This document shows, piece after piece, positions 1 through 12,808 of a stretch of 64,000 nucleotides of DNA (positions are counted from its first letter, which is position 1; each line of letters begins with the position of its first letter). The translations under genes were made by a program, and so were the position numbers. Where the stretch lies: the NCBI RefSeq assembly GCF_009914755.1, contig NC_060934.1. One strand, given 5' to 3'. This DNA is from the human T2T-CHM13v2.0 reference genome, Homo sapiens. The notes under the pieces were generated by a model that had not been told where the DNA came from, ran no database searches, and was given only the letters and a program-made list of their open reading frames with translations.

Positions 1-696
1 AGACAGAAGAGAAGGGAGGAGGGCACCTTGCTGCTTGTGATTGTGGAATCAAGGGCTCCAGCTGAAGCTGAAAGGGGACTTAGCAATGGGGACCTCATGC
101 CATGTGTTTGATGTCTTGGAGATTGGAATAATTAGAACGTGTACATTTTTCAAATTACAAGCTGCTTTAAGTAAAACCCCAGAACCTCTAAGTGTTTTAT
201 AAATTCAGTCCCAAAAATTCAAGGTCTCTTTTGCTGTTAAGGTGACACTATATTAAGAAATGTCGATTTATTGAAGAGTCAGAGAAGTGAAGAGGTCAGA
301 AAGGTACCACTAGAGTTGGCAAAAGCCACAGGCATGAATTTGTAAATGCTGCTGGCTTTCAGCAGGCTGAAGCCATCCTCTCTTGTGACTGATGGGGGTT
401 CAGAGCTCCTCAGGCCTTACTCTTCTTTTGTAAAATCCAGCCCAGAGCCATCTCCTAGTAGTGTAAGAATTTCTCAGACTAGGTCCCCAGGCAAATCCCA
501 GGTTGGAGAAGAGGATTGCTTTCCTCATCATCTCTGGCTGAAAACCATCAGTGTATTTTCATTAAATCTGGTTTTTGGTCTACCGTACAGAGATTACAGC
601 CAGTATTTCCCCTCTCTTCAATAGGCACAAGCCCCTGGGATATCCGAATCATAGTCAGAAGCCCATGTTTTTACAGATGAGGAAACTGAGACCCAG

Positions 697-1135
697 TTTT
701 AGAGTGTTAGGTTCAAAGCAAAATTGAGCAGAAGGTACAGGTTTCCCATATACCTCCTGTCCCCGCCTATGCACAGACTCCCCCATTGTCAGCATCCCCC
801 ACTGCAGTGGTACATTTGTTCCAACTGATGAACCGACACTGGCACATCATTATGACCCAAAGTTCACAGTTTGCCCTGGGGTTTGCTCCTGTTGTACATT
901 CTATGGCTTTGGACAAATGTAAAATGACATAAATCTGCCATTATAGTATCAAACAGCATAGTTTCACTACCGTAAAAATCTTCTGTGCATCCCACCCTCC
1001 CTACAACACATGGTAATCACTGATCTTTCTACTGTCTCAATAGTTTTACCTTTTCCAGAATGTCTTATGATTGGAATCATGTAGTACGTAGCTTTCTCAG
1101 ATTGGTGTCTTTCGCTCGGTAATATACACTGACAT
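697..1135 (-). mobile_element. Old L1 (L1M-type) 3' fragment
   Basis: gcaaaattgagcagaaggtacag...ttttccagaatgtc...ggaatcat pattern typical of antisense L1M 3' ends. Confidence 0.6.
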
Positions 1136-2019
1136 TTCCCCTCCTGGCTTTTTAATGAGCATCATAAAAACAGAATAGTTATTTGGCAGTGACGGCATCA
1201 TAAGCTTGTGGTGAAAATGCCTTTTTTGTTAATAACTCCCCTGATGTGTGTGCATCTTACAAAGCATTGTCCTCACATCCTCAGTACCTGGAAGGGTACC
1301 GGGCACAGGGCAGATGCTTAATAATTTTTACTGGGTAAATGAAATTTCATGTAATTATAGCAATGAGAGGGTCAGCAACACTACGAGGTTGTTTTAGAAC
1401 AGTGGTCCTCAAACTTTTGCAGTGCATATATCAGTAAATGAAAACCTAGTTTAATTGGGAGGCCTGCAATAGAATTGCTCATTTTTAATTTTATCCAATA
1501 AGGCTATTTTAAAACAAATCCCACCCCCCTCCCTATCATCAAGGAGGCTATTGGAAGTCTGTTGGTGATTGTGTGTGTGCATTCCCTGCAAAATGTTTCT
1601 GTATAACCCCAAGGCAGCACAGTGGGACAGCTGAATGTATTTGAAGTCCCTTCCTTTGTGTGACCTTTCGTCTTCTAAACAGCTCTGGACTGCTTAATTT
1701 TCCTCTTCCACCTACCACATTAGCTGCTGACTTTCCTTGAATGTGATTACTACCCTCGGTCCTCCCCTTCCTTTTCCTGATCATGAGTCTCTTCTCTTGA
1801 ACTAGATTTCCCTGGTCTCAAATTAGGAAACTTTGCCCTTGCCCCGGGAGCCTTTGCATCGTGGTTTCATGGGGTCCTGGCGACAACCTTTCCAGGGAAA
1901 TAGGATGGATGGTGTTACCTCCGTTTTAGAGAGAAGGAAATTGAGAGACTGAAGTGGAGGAATTTACCCAGGAGGCTCATGCTCAGGTATCCTGCCATCA
2001 GATGGTTGCTCTTTCCAGA

Positions 2020-2268
2020 GCATCTGTGTACCGCATGCCTCATAGTACCAGGTGCATCTGCATGCCGATGCCTCTGTGTACCACGTGCCTCTGTGTACCA
2101 GTGCCTCTGCATACCGCAGTGCCCCTGTGTACCAGTAAATCTGTGTATCAGTGCCTCTGCATACCAGTGCATCTGTGTACTGTGTGCCTCTGCGTACTGG
2201 TGCCTCTGTGTACCGCATGTCTCTGTGTACCACGTGCCTCTGTGTACCAGTGCATCTGTGTACCGCGT
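2020..2268. repeat. Degenerate minisatellite, ~15 units of 16-17 bp (tgcctctgtgtaccag / tgcctctgtgtaccgca)
   Basis: Direct reading of repeated units. Confidence 0.9.
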
Positions 2269-5200
2269 ACTTCTGGTCATAGCTGAGAAGTCCTGGGCTG
2301 GACTCTAAGCTTGGGTTTTTCTCGCTCTGTGGCCTTGGGTCTCGTCTTCTCCAAGATCATTTCTTCATCTATAAAGATGTAAATGATAATATCTACCCTA
2401 CAGATTATGGGTGTTGTTAAATGAAATGAATATATTAAATGTAATGATAAACTTTTAACATCATTCATTTAGAAAACATTTTACTATTTAGCAGAGACTT
2501 TTCTACCCTGTCTCACTGGATCTTTACAACACTGGGGGAGTTTATGAAACAGATTCTCCCCATTTGGCAGATGAGGAACTAAGGCAGGGGAGGTTGTTGC
2601 TTGCAGTCACCCAGCTGCTAGGAGCAGAGCTAGGTTGGAATCCTGTCTCTGGACTTTGGGTCCTGTGTGTGTTCTCCCACACCTCAGGGCTAATCCCAGT
2701 GTCCCATACAGTGAAATCGGGTTGTGTACAATTTAAAGCATTTTCAGATATCATCCATCAAAACAAACATGAACTCTCTTCTGGCTAAAAATGTGTCTGC
2801 AGATGCAGAAAGTATGGGAGGGCTTGTGATCTATGCCCATCTTCCCAGCTTTTCTCCCTAACCCTCCAGGGAGTTCACAAATGGCATGTTGCTTATTTCT
2901 TGGTGCGGACTTTTGGTTGTTAGGCCACTGGGTTCTGAAAATTTACTAATTATTTTAGGGGGAGCGTGACTTTCCCCAGGCAGCTTTTTAAATGCTCTCT
3001 CTGCCATATCAAACTAGAAATGTGTCATCTACCTCCGTTGACACTCTGAGCCTGAGCCAAATATTTTACCAAAGGTTACAAGGAAGATGATTGTTCCAGC
3101 AAGGACTTCCCCACCGGATATTTTTACCTCTGATTTTAGTCTTCCCATTCAGGTGTGTACTGTTCTGGTAAAGGGCTCAGATTTCCATCCTGCTGATTTG
3201 GAGGAGGCTGCCAACGGCTAATCTATTTGGGGTTGGAATTGCATTTTGTAAGGAGGTAGAAATGGTTTCCTCTTTTTCCCTACACTCATTTCATTTCCGA
3301 TGGTAGAGAAGGCAGACATTATCCTGCAAAACTGCCTTCAGCGATCCCCAATCCGGCTCTTCTTTTTTTAAAAAGTAGCTTTGTTTTGGCTTTTATTTCT
3401 TCCTGTGTCACGGAAAATGTAATTCCTGGGTAGTGCACAGTGGAAATTTTTGTGGCATCCTGCAGCAGACTTCACATGCCTGCTGTCCCAAGTGCAGCTG
3501 GTGCTGCGTGGGAACCAGGATCCGAAGGCCACACTCTGTTGAGGAGATCAGGGGCGTGGAGAGCATCTACATCCATGGATGAGAACTCCAGAAGCCAGGA
3601 ATAACAAGTGGGATTAGCATGAGTAATGGAACAGAAGGGAACAAGGTGATGAGCGAGGTGTAACGGAAAAGGCTTGGTGAGGCATACCTGAGAATGGGTG
3701 GTCTGTTCCAGCCCCTGGCTTGCAGATCACTCCCAACTACTTTGTAGGAAGCCAGAGGGCCCTGGTAAATCTCATCTTGTGCCGGATGGAGTGTGAGAGC
3801 TGCTGGCAGGTATTAGCTGGGGGAGAAATTGCCAACGTGCAGGATTCAGGGTGGCAGATTTTTTAAATTATGCTTCTGTGCTTCTGAACTGCCTCTAGTT
3901 CATAGCCTGTTTTCTGGAGCCTGGACTTCTGCCAGAGTGTCACCTCTTACCGGCAGCCCCAACACCTCTCCCTTGTTGAACATCCTGTGGCAGCTTCCCC
4001 CAGAACCGGGAAGGTGACGCTAGGAGGCCAGAATGGAATCTGATCCACTGATTAGCTGTGTAAGCTGGGGCAGAACACTTCACTTCTCCATGTCTCAGCT
4101 TCCTCACCTGTGAAATGGGAATAGTACACCCTCCCTGGCTGGCTGCGAGGATTAGGAGAGAAGACATGAAGGGCGGAGCCTGTGTGTCTTGTGGCAGGCA
4201 CATAAGAAATGCTCATTACATGGTAGTAGCTGTTGATTTTTATTGTGGAATTCACCCTTTAAAAAAAAAGCTTTCCAGGTGTAGGGCTGTATTTTGGAGG
4301 TCAAATTAGTATTGTAGGAAAATTTTGATATGAGAGGGGAATGAGCTGCCTATTCGAGATGACTGGATGGGAATAGAGTGCAAACAATACTTCAACATCA
4401 TCGCAATAGCGTTCATTTCATTAATCTTGGTATAAAAAAGAATGCAGTGAACACAGTGAGTGCAATGATGCCCTGAAAGGGTCCCTCTAGCCCTCCCACA
4501 GGAGGTATTCTGGTGCTTTGTTTATCTAGCAAGCAAGGACCTCCCCTACTATACATCAGGCACATGCAGGTCTCTGGAGCTCCAGCAGAGACTAGATAGT
4601 CTGTAGTCTCAGGCATTTGCCGCCTGGCAGTCAAGACAAACGTATCACTGGGCAGTTTCAGCGTGGGCTGTGTGACAGTAGGGATTGTATTGAGGGGGAC
4701 AGGGGAGGGAGGTGCTGCAGAAGTTGCAGAGCCAACACCGTCTGATTGATCCAAACAGCTAGGAGAAGGCATTTGACATCCTGTGTGCATTTGCAGATTG
4801 CCAACATACATTCTATTTTAATGAGCAGAAACTTGGGCGCCTCTGGAAAAACATGCAGCTGGGCAAGCAGAGGCACATAGTGGATCGAGATCAAGCTGCT
4901 TAAGTTGGTCTCATAGCACGGAGGGAAGGGGACTGTGTTTACTGGGTGCCTTCCTATGTGGCAGGAACCTTCTGTACTTCCTTCCACTTTATCCTCACAG
5001 CAGCCTGGGGAGGTGGCTGCCAGAATCCTTGTTTTATAAATAATTAACAGGCCTGAGCCTCAGTCTCCTGCCAGTGCCCAGGGTCAGAAGCTGTAACTCC
5101 GTAAAATCGTCCTGAACCTAAGGAATAGAGACAGCATTGAGAAGCTCTTCACCGCATCCTCAATGCCTCGCCATTGCCTGACTCACAGGCGGCAGGTGGG

Positions 5201-5845
5201 GGCTTGTTCTGCCTCTGTGGTGTGGAGTAAGAGGGAAAAAAAAAATGTCCTTAGGGGAAAATGAGTCTTTCTTGCTGGCATGCACAGGGCTGGAAGCTAG
5301 CAGGAAGTATGTGCTGCAGGCCAGTATCCTTCTCACCACCTTTCTCCCTTTGATCGTGTCTGTAGAGCTCCTGACATACTGGCTCTTGCCATGTTAGGTG
5401 TCTGATTTTCACTTAGATCAGGAGAAGACTTGAGCCTCTTAGTCATTTGAAGCAGGAAGACCCTGCACGAAGACTCTCAGCTGGCAGGGACATTTGTTTT
5501 ATAATAGTTTGTTTTAGGACTGCTTTGAAATCCAAGGAGCTCTATAGACAGTTCCAAGTGGTGCATATTTTAGAATTAGGTAGAATCTGGTGGCATCATG
5601 GAAATAACCACACAGTCTGAGAATATTGGGTGGTCAGTACATGCTCCATCCTCCAGGAGGACCACTCTCTGTGGCACCCTGGACTACCTGCCCCCGCCCC
5701 CCGCCCAAGATGATTGGAGGTCAGATGCATGGTGAGAAGGTAGATCTCTGGAGCCTTGGTGTTCTTTGCTATGAATTTTTAGTTGGGAAGCCTCCTTTTG
5801 AGGCAAACGTACACCAAGAGACCTACAAAAGAATATCACGGGTTG

Positions 5846-6171
<326 letters not shown>

Positions 6172-7000
6172 TCACATTCCCTGACTGTAACAGAGGGACC
6201 CAGGACCTCATTTTAAGACTGTTGAAGCATAATCCCAGCCAGAGGCCAATGCTCAGAGAAGTACTTGAACACCCCTGGATCACAGCAAATTCATCAAAAC
6301 CATTAAATTCCCAAAACAAAGAATCAACTAGCAAACAGTCTTAGGAATCGTGCAGGGGGAGAAATCCTTGAACCAGGGCTGCTGTATAACCTTTCAGGAA
6401 CATGCTACTAAAATTTATTTTACCATTGACTGCTGCCCTCAATCTAGAGCGCTACAAGAAATATTTGTTTTACTGAGCACCTGGCAATGCCTGAACCTCC
6501 CTATTCAGAAAGCTCCACATCAATAAACATGACACTCTGAAGTGAAAGTAGCCACAAGAATTGTGCTACTTATACTGGTTCGTAATCTGGAGGCAAGGTT
6601 CCGCTGCAGCTGCCCCCTCAGCCTGGGCCAGGCATGGTTTCTTCCCAGGAGACAAATCCAGAGTGTGGCTGTGGGGAAAGTGACCACTTTGCCCTGACTC
6701 GATCGGTTAAGGAGCTGTGCAATAACCTTCCCAGTACCTGAGTGAGTGTGTCACTTATTGGGTTGGCCAAGCCTAGTAAAGCTGTTGGAATGAGGATGTG
6801 ATTCTTTTTAAGTGTGAAAAAAAAAAAAAAGATTTCTGTACAGATTTGTATTTGTTCTCTGGTGGCATTCCCTTAGAAATGCTCTGTGTCTGTCCAGCAC
6901 CCCGGTAGGCCTGGTTGGGTTTCTAGTCATCTTTAACCACTTATCTCCCATATGAGAGTGTATAAAATAGGAACACATGCTCTACCTCCATTTAGGGACT

Positions 7001-7218
7001 TGCAACCTCTGCATCCCAGGTTCAAGCGATTCTCCTGCCTCAGCCTCCTGAGTAGCTGGAATTATAGGTGCCCACCACCATGTCTGGCTAATTTTTTGTA
7101 TTTTCAGTAGAGACACTGTTTCACCGTGTTGGCCAGGCTGGTCGTGAACTCCTGAACTCAGGTGATCCACCTGCCTCGGCCTCCCAAAGTGCTGGGATTA
7201 CAGACAAGAGCCACCGCG
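7001..7218 (-). mobile_element. AluS lacking its 3' end and tail, in pseudogene 3' UTR
   Basis: Antisense Alu starting at tgcaacctc, no poly(T). Confidence 0.9.
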
Positions 7219-7584
7219 AAGGGCTTATTTTTTAAAAAACACTGGAGTCATGGCATGTGTGTAAACTTTAAATATGCAAATAACTATGTCAAAAAAAAAA
7301 ACAAAACGGAGCTGGATGTATCTTGAGGTCCAAACATCATAGGTCCATGATGGAGGCAGGAGTCCAATGGGACTTTTAAAACCATAAAACAGCTTAGCCA
7401 CATCAGGGCCCTTCTCTTCACTTTGTAAGGGAGGAACCACAGCCTCTCCCAAGGTCACAGGGCACCAGGATGAGGATGAGGGCCCCTGGGTTCATGTAGG
7501 CTCTCTGCCACCATGGGGCAGGTGTGGCTCCTGCATGGGTGGTGAAGTTTTTTTTTAAAAAAACTTCTCAAAAAATAATTTTTC

Positions 7585-7750
7585 TCAGCCAAGTGTGGTG
7601 GCATGTACCTGTAGTCCCAGCTACTCGGGAGGCTGAGGCACAAAAATCACTTGAACCCCGGGAGGCGGAGGTTGCAGTGAGCCAAGATCGTGCCACTGCA
7701 TTCCAGCCTGGGCTACAGAATAAGACTCCATCTCAAAAAAAAAAAAAAAA
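7585..7750 (+). mobile_element. Alu right arm with A tail
   Basis: gtagtcccagctactcgggaggctgagg...actccatctcaaaa. Confidence 0.85.
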
Positions 7751-8340
7751 GTCCTCTTCCTTCAGCCGGATTACGATTTATAAATAATTTAGATGATTAG
7801 TGGATAATTTAGATAGTGCAGGCTTTCTTCAGATGTTGTCTTCTTAGCTAGGGGAAGGTTTGTTAACCACATTAGAAGGTTTCAGAAGATGAGGACATTG
7901 AAAATCAGATCTTCAGCCTGTTGAATTCTAACTCCTCATGAAGAAATGGAGACCCTGAGAAAGAAGTGACTTTGCCCAGGGTCACGTGGCTAGTCAGGGC
8001 CCAGGCAGAGCCAACACCCGGGCCTCTTAACTCTGGGGAGAGCAGGAGAGCACACCTTCCCAGGGCCCGTGGAGGGCTGGGGTGCATTTGGGGGTGGATG
8101 AGAGAGGTATCCTGGGGAAGATGTTAGCTTGGTGTCTAAAACCAAAGTAATTGGAGTAAAGTCTTCCATGACTTGGGAATTGGGGACTTTTCTAGTTATT
8201 GTGGTGAGGGCCTCCAGGGTCATATCTGTGACCTGGAAAAGGCTGAGTTGGCATCTTGTTTGGCGGTGTGACTTGGGGCGTTCACAGAACTAATTGCTGA
8301 TACTTTCTTTCTTTTCCTGTGTCCCTGTAGTTATATCAAC

Positions 8341-8392
8341 ATGCCCCCTTTCCTGTTGCTGGAAGCCGTCTGTGTTTTCCTGTTTTCCAGAG
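8341..8392 (+). CDS. VWA2: VWA2 first coding exon (exon 8331-8392), signal peptide MPPFLLLEAVCVFLFSR
   Basis: Acceptor ttttcctgtgtccctgtag ends 8330; ATG at 8341 with A at -3; donor G|gtaag at 8393; matches known VWA2 N-terminus; ends phase 1. Confidence 0.95.
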
Positions 8393-8634
8393 GTAAGATG
8401 TGTTTATTGGTGGTGGGGAAGTACTGGCGTGTTGAGTAGGGGGGTTGCTTGCTTCAAATCCTGTTGATTTTCAATTCTAAAGGTCTCTTGAATCCACCTG
8501 CATCTCCCCTCCATGGCCACCTCCCTAGTCCAAGCCATGTCATCTTGTGCTTGGACCACTGCAGTAGCCTCCTGCCTGGCCTCCCTGGGTCCCCCGGTCC
8601 TCCTCCAACCCATTCTCCATGCAGTGGCTATTTC

Positions 8635-9397
8635 TTTTTTTATTTTTAAGTTCCAGGGTACATGTGCACGATGTGCAGGTTCGTTACATAGGTAAATGTG
8701 TGCCATGGTGTGTGCCATGATGGTTTGCTGCACCTATCAACCCATCACTTAGGTATTGAGCCCAGCAGGCATTAGCTATTTATCCTGATGCTCTCCCTCC
8801 CCACCCCACCACTCGACAGGCCCCAGTGTGTGTTGTTTCCATCCCCATGTCCATATGTTCTCATTGTTCAGCTCCCACTTATTTTATTTATTTATTTATT
8901 TGAGATGGAATCTCTCTCTGTCACCCAGACTGGAGTGCAATGGCGCAATCTCTGCTCACTGTAACTTCCACCTCCCGGTTCAAGTGATTCTCCAGCCTCA
9001 GCCTCTTGAGTAGCTGAGATGAGAGGCACGCACCACCACACCCGGCTAATTTTTGTATTTTTAGTAGAGAAGGGGTTTCACCATATTGGTCAGGCTGGTC
9101 TTGAACTCCTGACCTCAGGTGATCTGACCGTCTTGGCCTCCCAAAGTGCTAGGATTACAGGCATGAGCCACTGCGCCTGGCCCTCAGCTCCCACTTGTAA
9201 GTGAGAATATGCGGTGTTTGGTTTTCTGTTCCGGCATTAGTTTGCTGAGGAGAATGGCTTCTAGCTCCACCCATGTCCCTGCAAAGGACGTGATCTTGTT
9301 CCTTTTTATGGCTGCATGGTATTCCATGGTGTATATGTACCACATGTTCTCTATCCAGTCTATCATTGATCAGCATTTGGGTTGACTCCATGTCTTT
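8635..9397 (-). mobile_element. 5'-truncated L1PA 3' end, inserted in an L2 and itself interrupted by an Alu
   Basis: gggtacatgtgcac...ggtttgctgcacctatcaacc...gcaaaggac; TSD-like cagtggctatttc (8622-8634) / cagcggccatttc (9399-9411). Confidence 0.9.
8881..9183 (-). mobile_element. AluS nested in L1PA
   Basis: Perfect TSD tcagctcccactt at 8868-8880 and 9184-9196. Confidence 0.95.
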
Positions 9398-11447
9398 ACA
9401 GCGGCCATTTCAAAATGCAAATTGGATCATGTCTGGACCCCTCTTCACCCCCAGCTAAAACTTTTCAGTGACTTTCTGTGGCTCTTAAGAGGCTTTTCTC
9501 ATCTTACCCCGTGGCCATCCTGAGTCCCCTCTACGCCCTCTGCACCACAGCCCACTCTCCTTCCAGTCCTGCCCTGCATCCTTGCTCCCCGCCACCAAAA
9601 ACATTCTGAATTATGTTGCCCCTGTGCTTGGATCACCCCCTCATCCCAACACTGCCACCCTGGCAAACTCCTCCCCATCCTTAGGCCCCAGCACAATTCC
9701 CCTGGGACCTCCAGATCAAGTCACATCCCCCTCTTCAAACCCCTTGTAGACCTTGCTCTGTAGCACTTAACACAGATATGAGTTTTGTGTGCATTTTAAA
9801 AAATGACATCTTTTCCATAAGATGTAAGGTCCTCAAGGAAAGAGACTGTACATTCTTTAACATTCTTTATTCACCACTATATTATTTCAGGGCGGGCATG
9901 GCTCACGGTTTATGCTTCAGAAATAGATTAATGAATAAATAATGGAGCAAATCCACTTTCTTTTTACTTCCCACTTTTTCCCTTTCAAGTTCTAGTCTCT
10001 TTGAAATATGAGAAGGTAGGAAGGAATTGATGTGTCTGCAGATTGTTGTCTTACAAGTAAGAACAGGTGGACTGGGCGGCCAAGCTGTCACAGCCTCGTG
10101 AGGCTCGGGGTCCCCTTCTGTAAAGCCAAGGGGTTGCACAGTGGCCTCTGGGATTATTTCTTGCAGTTCCTCCCTGGTCTGTGTTTCCATGAGTAGGTAT
10201 TTGTTCTCTGCTGAATTGGCTACTGTTAATACCTGCCTGTTTCCTGGAACCTAGCGAGGATCAGAAATGCTGGTGGAAGTTGAGGGCTGGTGGCTCCAGC
10301 CTGGCTGCCCAGCCCAACTGTTTCCCTCTGTCTCTGAGCCAGGTGGGGTGGATGGAAAGTATAACACAGCAGCTTCATGGCCAAGGGGTTGGGGAGTGGT
10401 GAGATGTGTTTGGGGCCAGGGCCTGAAAGAAGTCTCTGGAGTCCTGGGCACAGTCCAGGTTCTGTTCCAGCTTGTCATGGACCTTTGCCTTCTGTGGCCC
10501 TGTCCAGCCTCCAGATTGCAATCACATGCACTTGTTCTGATCATCCTTGGGTTATACAGATGAGGCAGGGGAGGCCCAGAGAGGCCCTGTGACATGCCCA
10601 AGGTCACACAGCTATGTAGCAGACATGGGACTAACACCCAGTTCTCCCTACTCCTGGGCTGGCTGTACCGCTCAGCTTCTCTGGAAAGATAAGAATGTAC
10701 AAAAGTTCTCTCTAAGACTTGGCTGTCACATCTGTAAAGTGAAAGAATTTGACTAGATTAGTGATTCTCAACTCTGCCTGCGCAATAGCGTCACCCATCC
10801 TGCAGACTGAAGTTCCGGAGCCCAGGCAGCTGGTCTTTAGAGGGGGCTGCCGACTTGGTTGGAAAAAGCAACAGCAATCACACATGAAGCAGCTGCCTGT
10901 TCAGGGGGAGCCTCTGCAGTCCTGAAGACATTTCACAGGGAGCATTGGGGATGTCACCCAGGCTCAAGGTGGGCTCATCTGAAGCCTGGCACCTGCCATG
11001 ACAGCTGAGCACAGGGCACAGAGGCACAGTTAGTTAGCTGAGTGACATCTTTAGTGAGTGGTCTGTGCTCACAGAGCTCCCTTGCCTTCTCATCCTGGGG
11101 AGATGGCTGGCCTGCCTTCAGCTGGAGAGTTTGCTGGTAAGATATTTTAAAAGAAACTGTATTTTTCTGTTCTTTTTGGGGTCTTTAGGATTCCTCGGCT
11201 ACTGGGCCCTTTGTCAGGAGAATAATTCATGGACTCAGCTCAGGAAACCTTAGTGCCTATGTGTTTACGCAGAGGGCTGGGCGAGGCTCTGTGGAGGACT
11301 GGGTGGAAATGCTTCTGTCCTCAGGGAGCTTCCAGGCAGGAAGGTGAGGGGCTCGTGGGAACAGAACCGCATTATGGGGTGGGCCGCAGTGGGCCCAGGA
11401 GTTGGCATGGTCGTGATCTCTGAATGCAGTGAGCAGAAAACCTGTAA

Positions 11448-11731
<284 letters not shown>

Positions 11732-12317
11732 TGTTTTTCTTTTTAATGCTGCCCCTGCCTCTGTCCCAATAAATGCCATTTTTTAAATGCAAGTAGATTT
11801 TTCTTTAATTTTGTCTACTGTCTTTCTTTCTAGTCTAAGTCTTGTTTCTGTCTCTGGTGGCAAAACAGCAGCGGCAGACTGTGCCAGACCTAATGAGAGA
11901 GATTTGTCTGGCAGCTTTTGGCTGTGGAGCTGACTGCTGGCACATTGACTTAGAATCTCCATGAGTAGAGATTGAGGGGAGGAGGGAGTATTAGGTGAGC
12001 AGGAGCTGTCTGCTCAAAGATATGGTATGGGGAGAGACTAGTTTAGTTTGCATGGGGGACTAGTGAACGGGAAGGAGCCGGGAAAGACAGAGCTGGAACC
12101 AGCCGAGGCAGTGCTGAGTTAGTAGGTTGACCAATAACGTGGGTCATTGGTGTCACTCCCCCAGACTGAAACCCTCTTTTGGCGTCTCTCTTGTCATCAC
12201 TTTCCTGGCAGTTGCAAACCTTGAGACCAGGTGCCCTGTACTGTGTGATTCCTCCTGGCCTCCCTGCTGAATCTCCTTCACCTCTCTCCACAGCAGCCCC
12301 CATGCTCATCTGCCATT

Positions 12318-12525
12318 CAGGTTCAAACAGTTCTCCTGCCTCAGCCTCCCAAGTAGCTGGAACTATAGGCGCCCGCCAGCACACCCGGCTAATTTTTGTA
12401 TTTTTAGTAGAGATGGGGTTTCACCATGTTGGCCAGGCTGGTCTTGAACTCCTGACCTCAGGTGATCGGCCCACCTCGGTCTCCCAAAGTGCTGGGATTA
12501 CAGGCATGAGCCACTGCACCCGGCC
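12318..12525 (-). mobile_element. Truncated AluS
   Basis: Alu consensus, tail missing. Confidence 0.85.
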
Positions 12526-12808
12526 TGCTTGTGTTCCTTCATCTGCCCCACTTCCGTGACCTGGCCGCTCCTGGGCTCTGCCCCTCTAGCTTTGTTTCCT
12601 CTGTGCTGTCACTGCACATTGACATTTACAAAGCATCTGAGTGTACCTCTCTTCTGCTGCTAGACACCTACCAGGTGCAGTTGCAGAGAGGATGTTGGCT
12701 TTTCCAAATGTCCCTTCTGGGGATCCCTTATTGTCTTCCATCATGGTTGGTTCACTGTTCAGCAATCCTGTGGCCTCCTCAGTGTCTTATCCCCACCCTC
12801 CAATTTCA

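Noticed and set aside
1915-2308. Cys/His-rich ORFs resembling keratin-associated or metallothionein proteins
   Set aside because: Open in several frames on both strands; explained by the minisatellite
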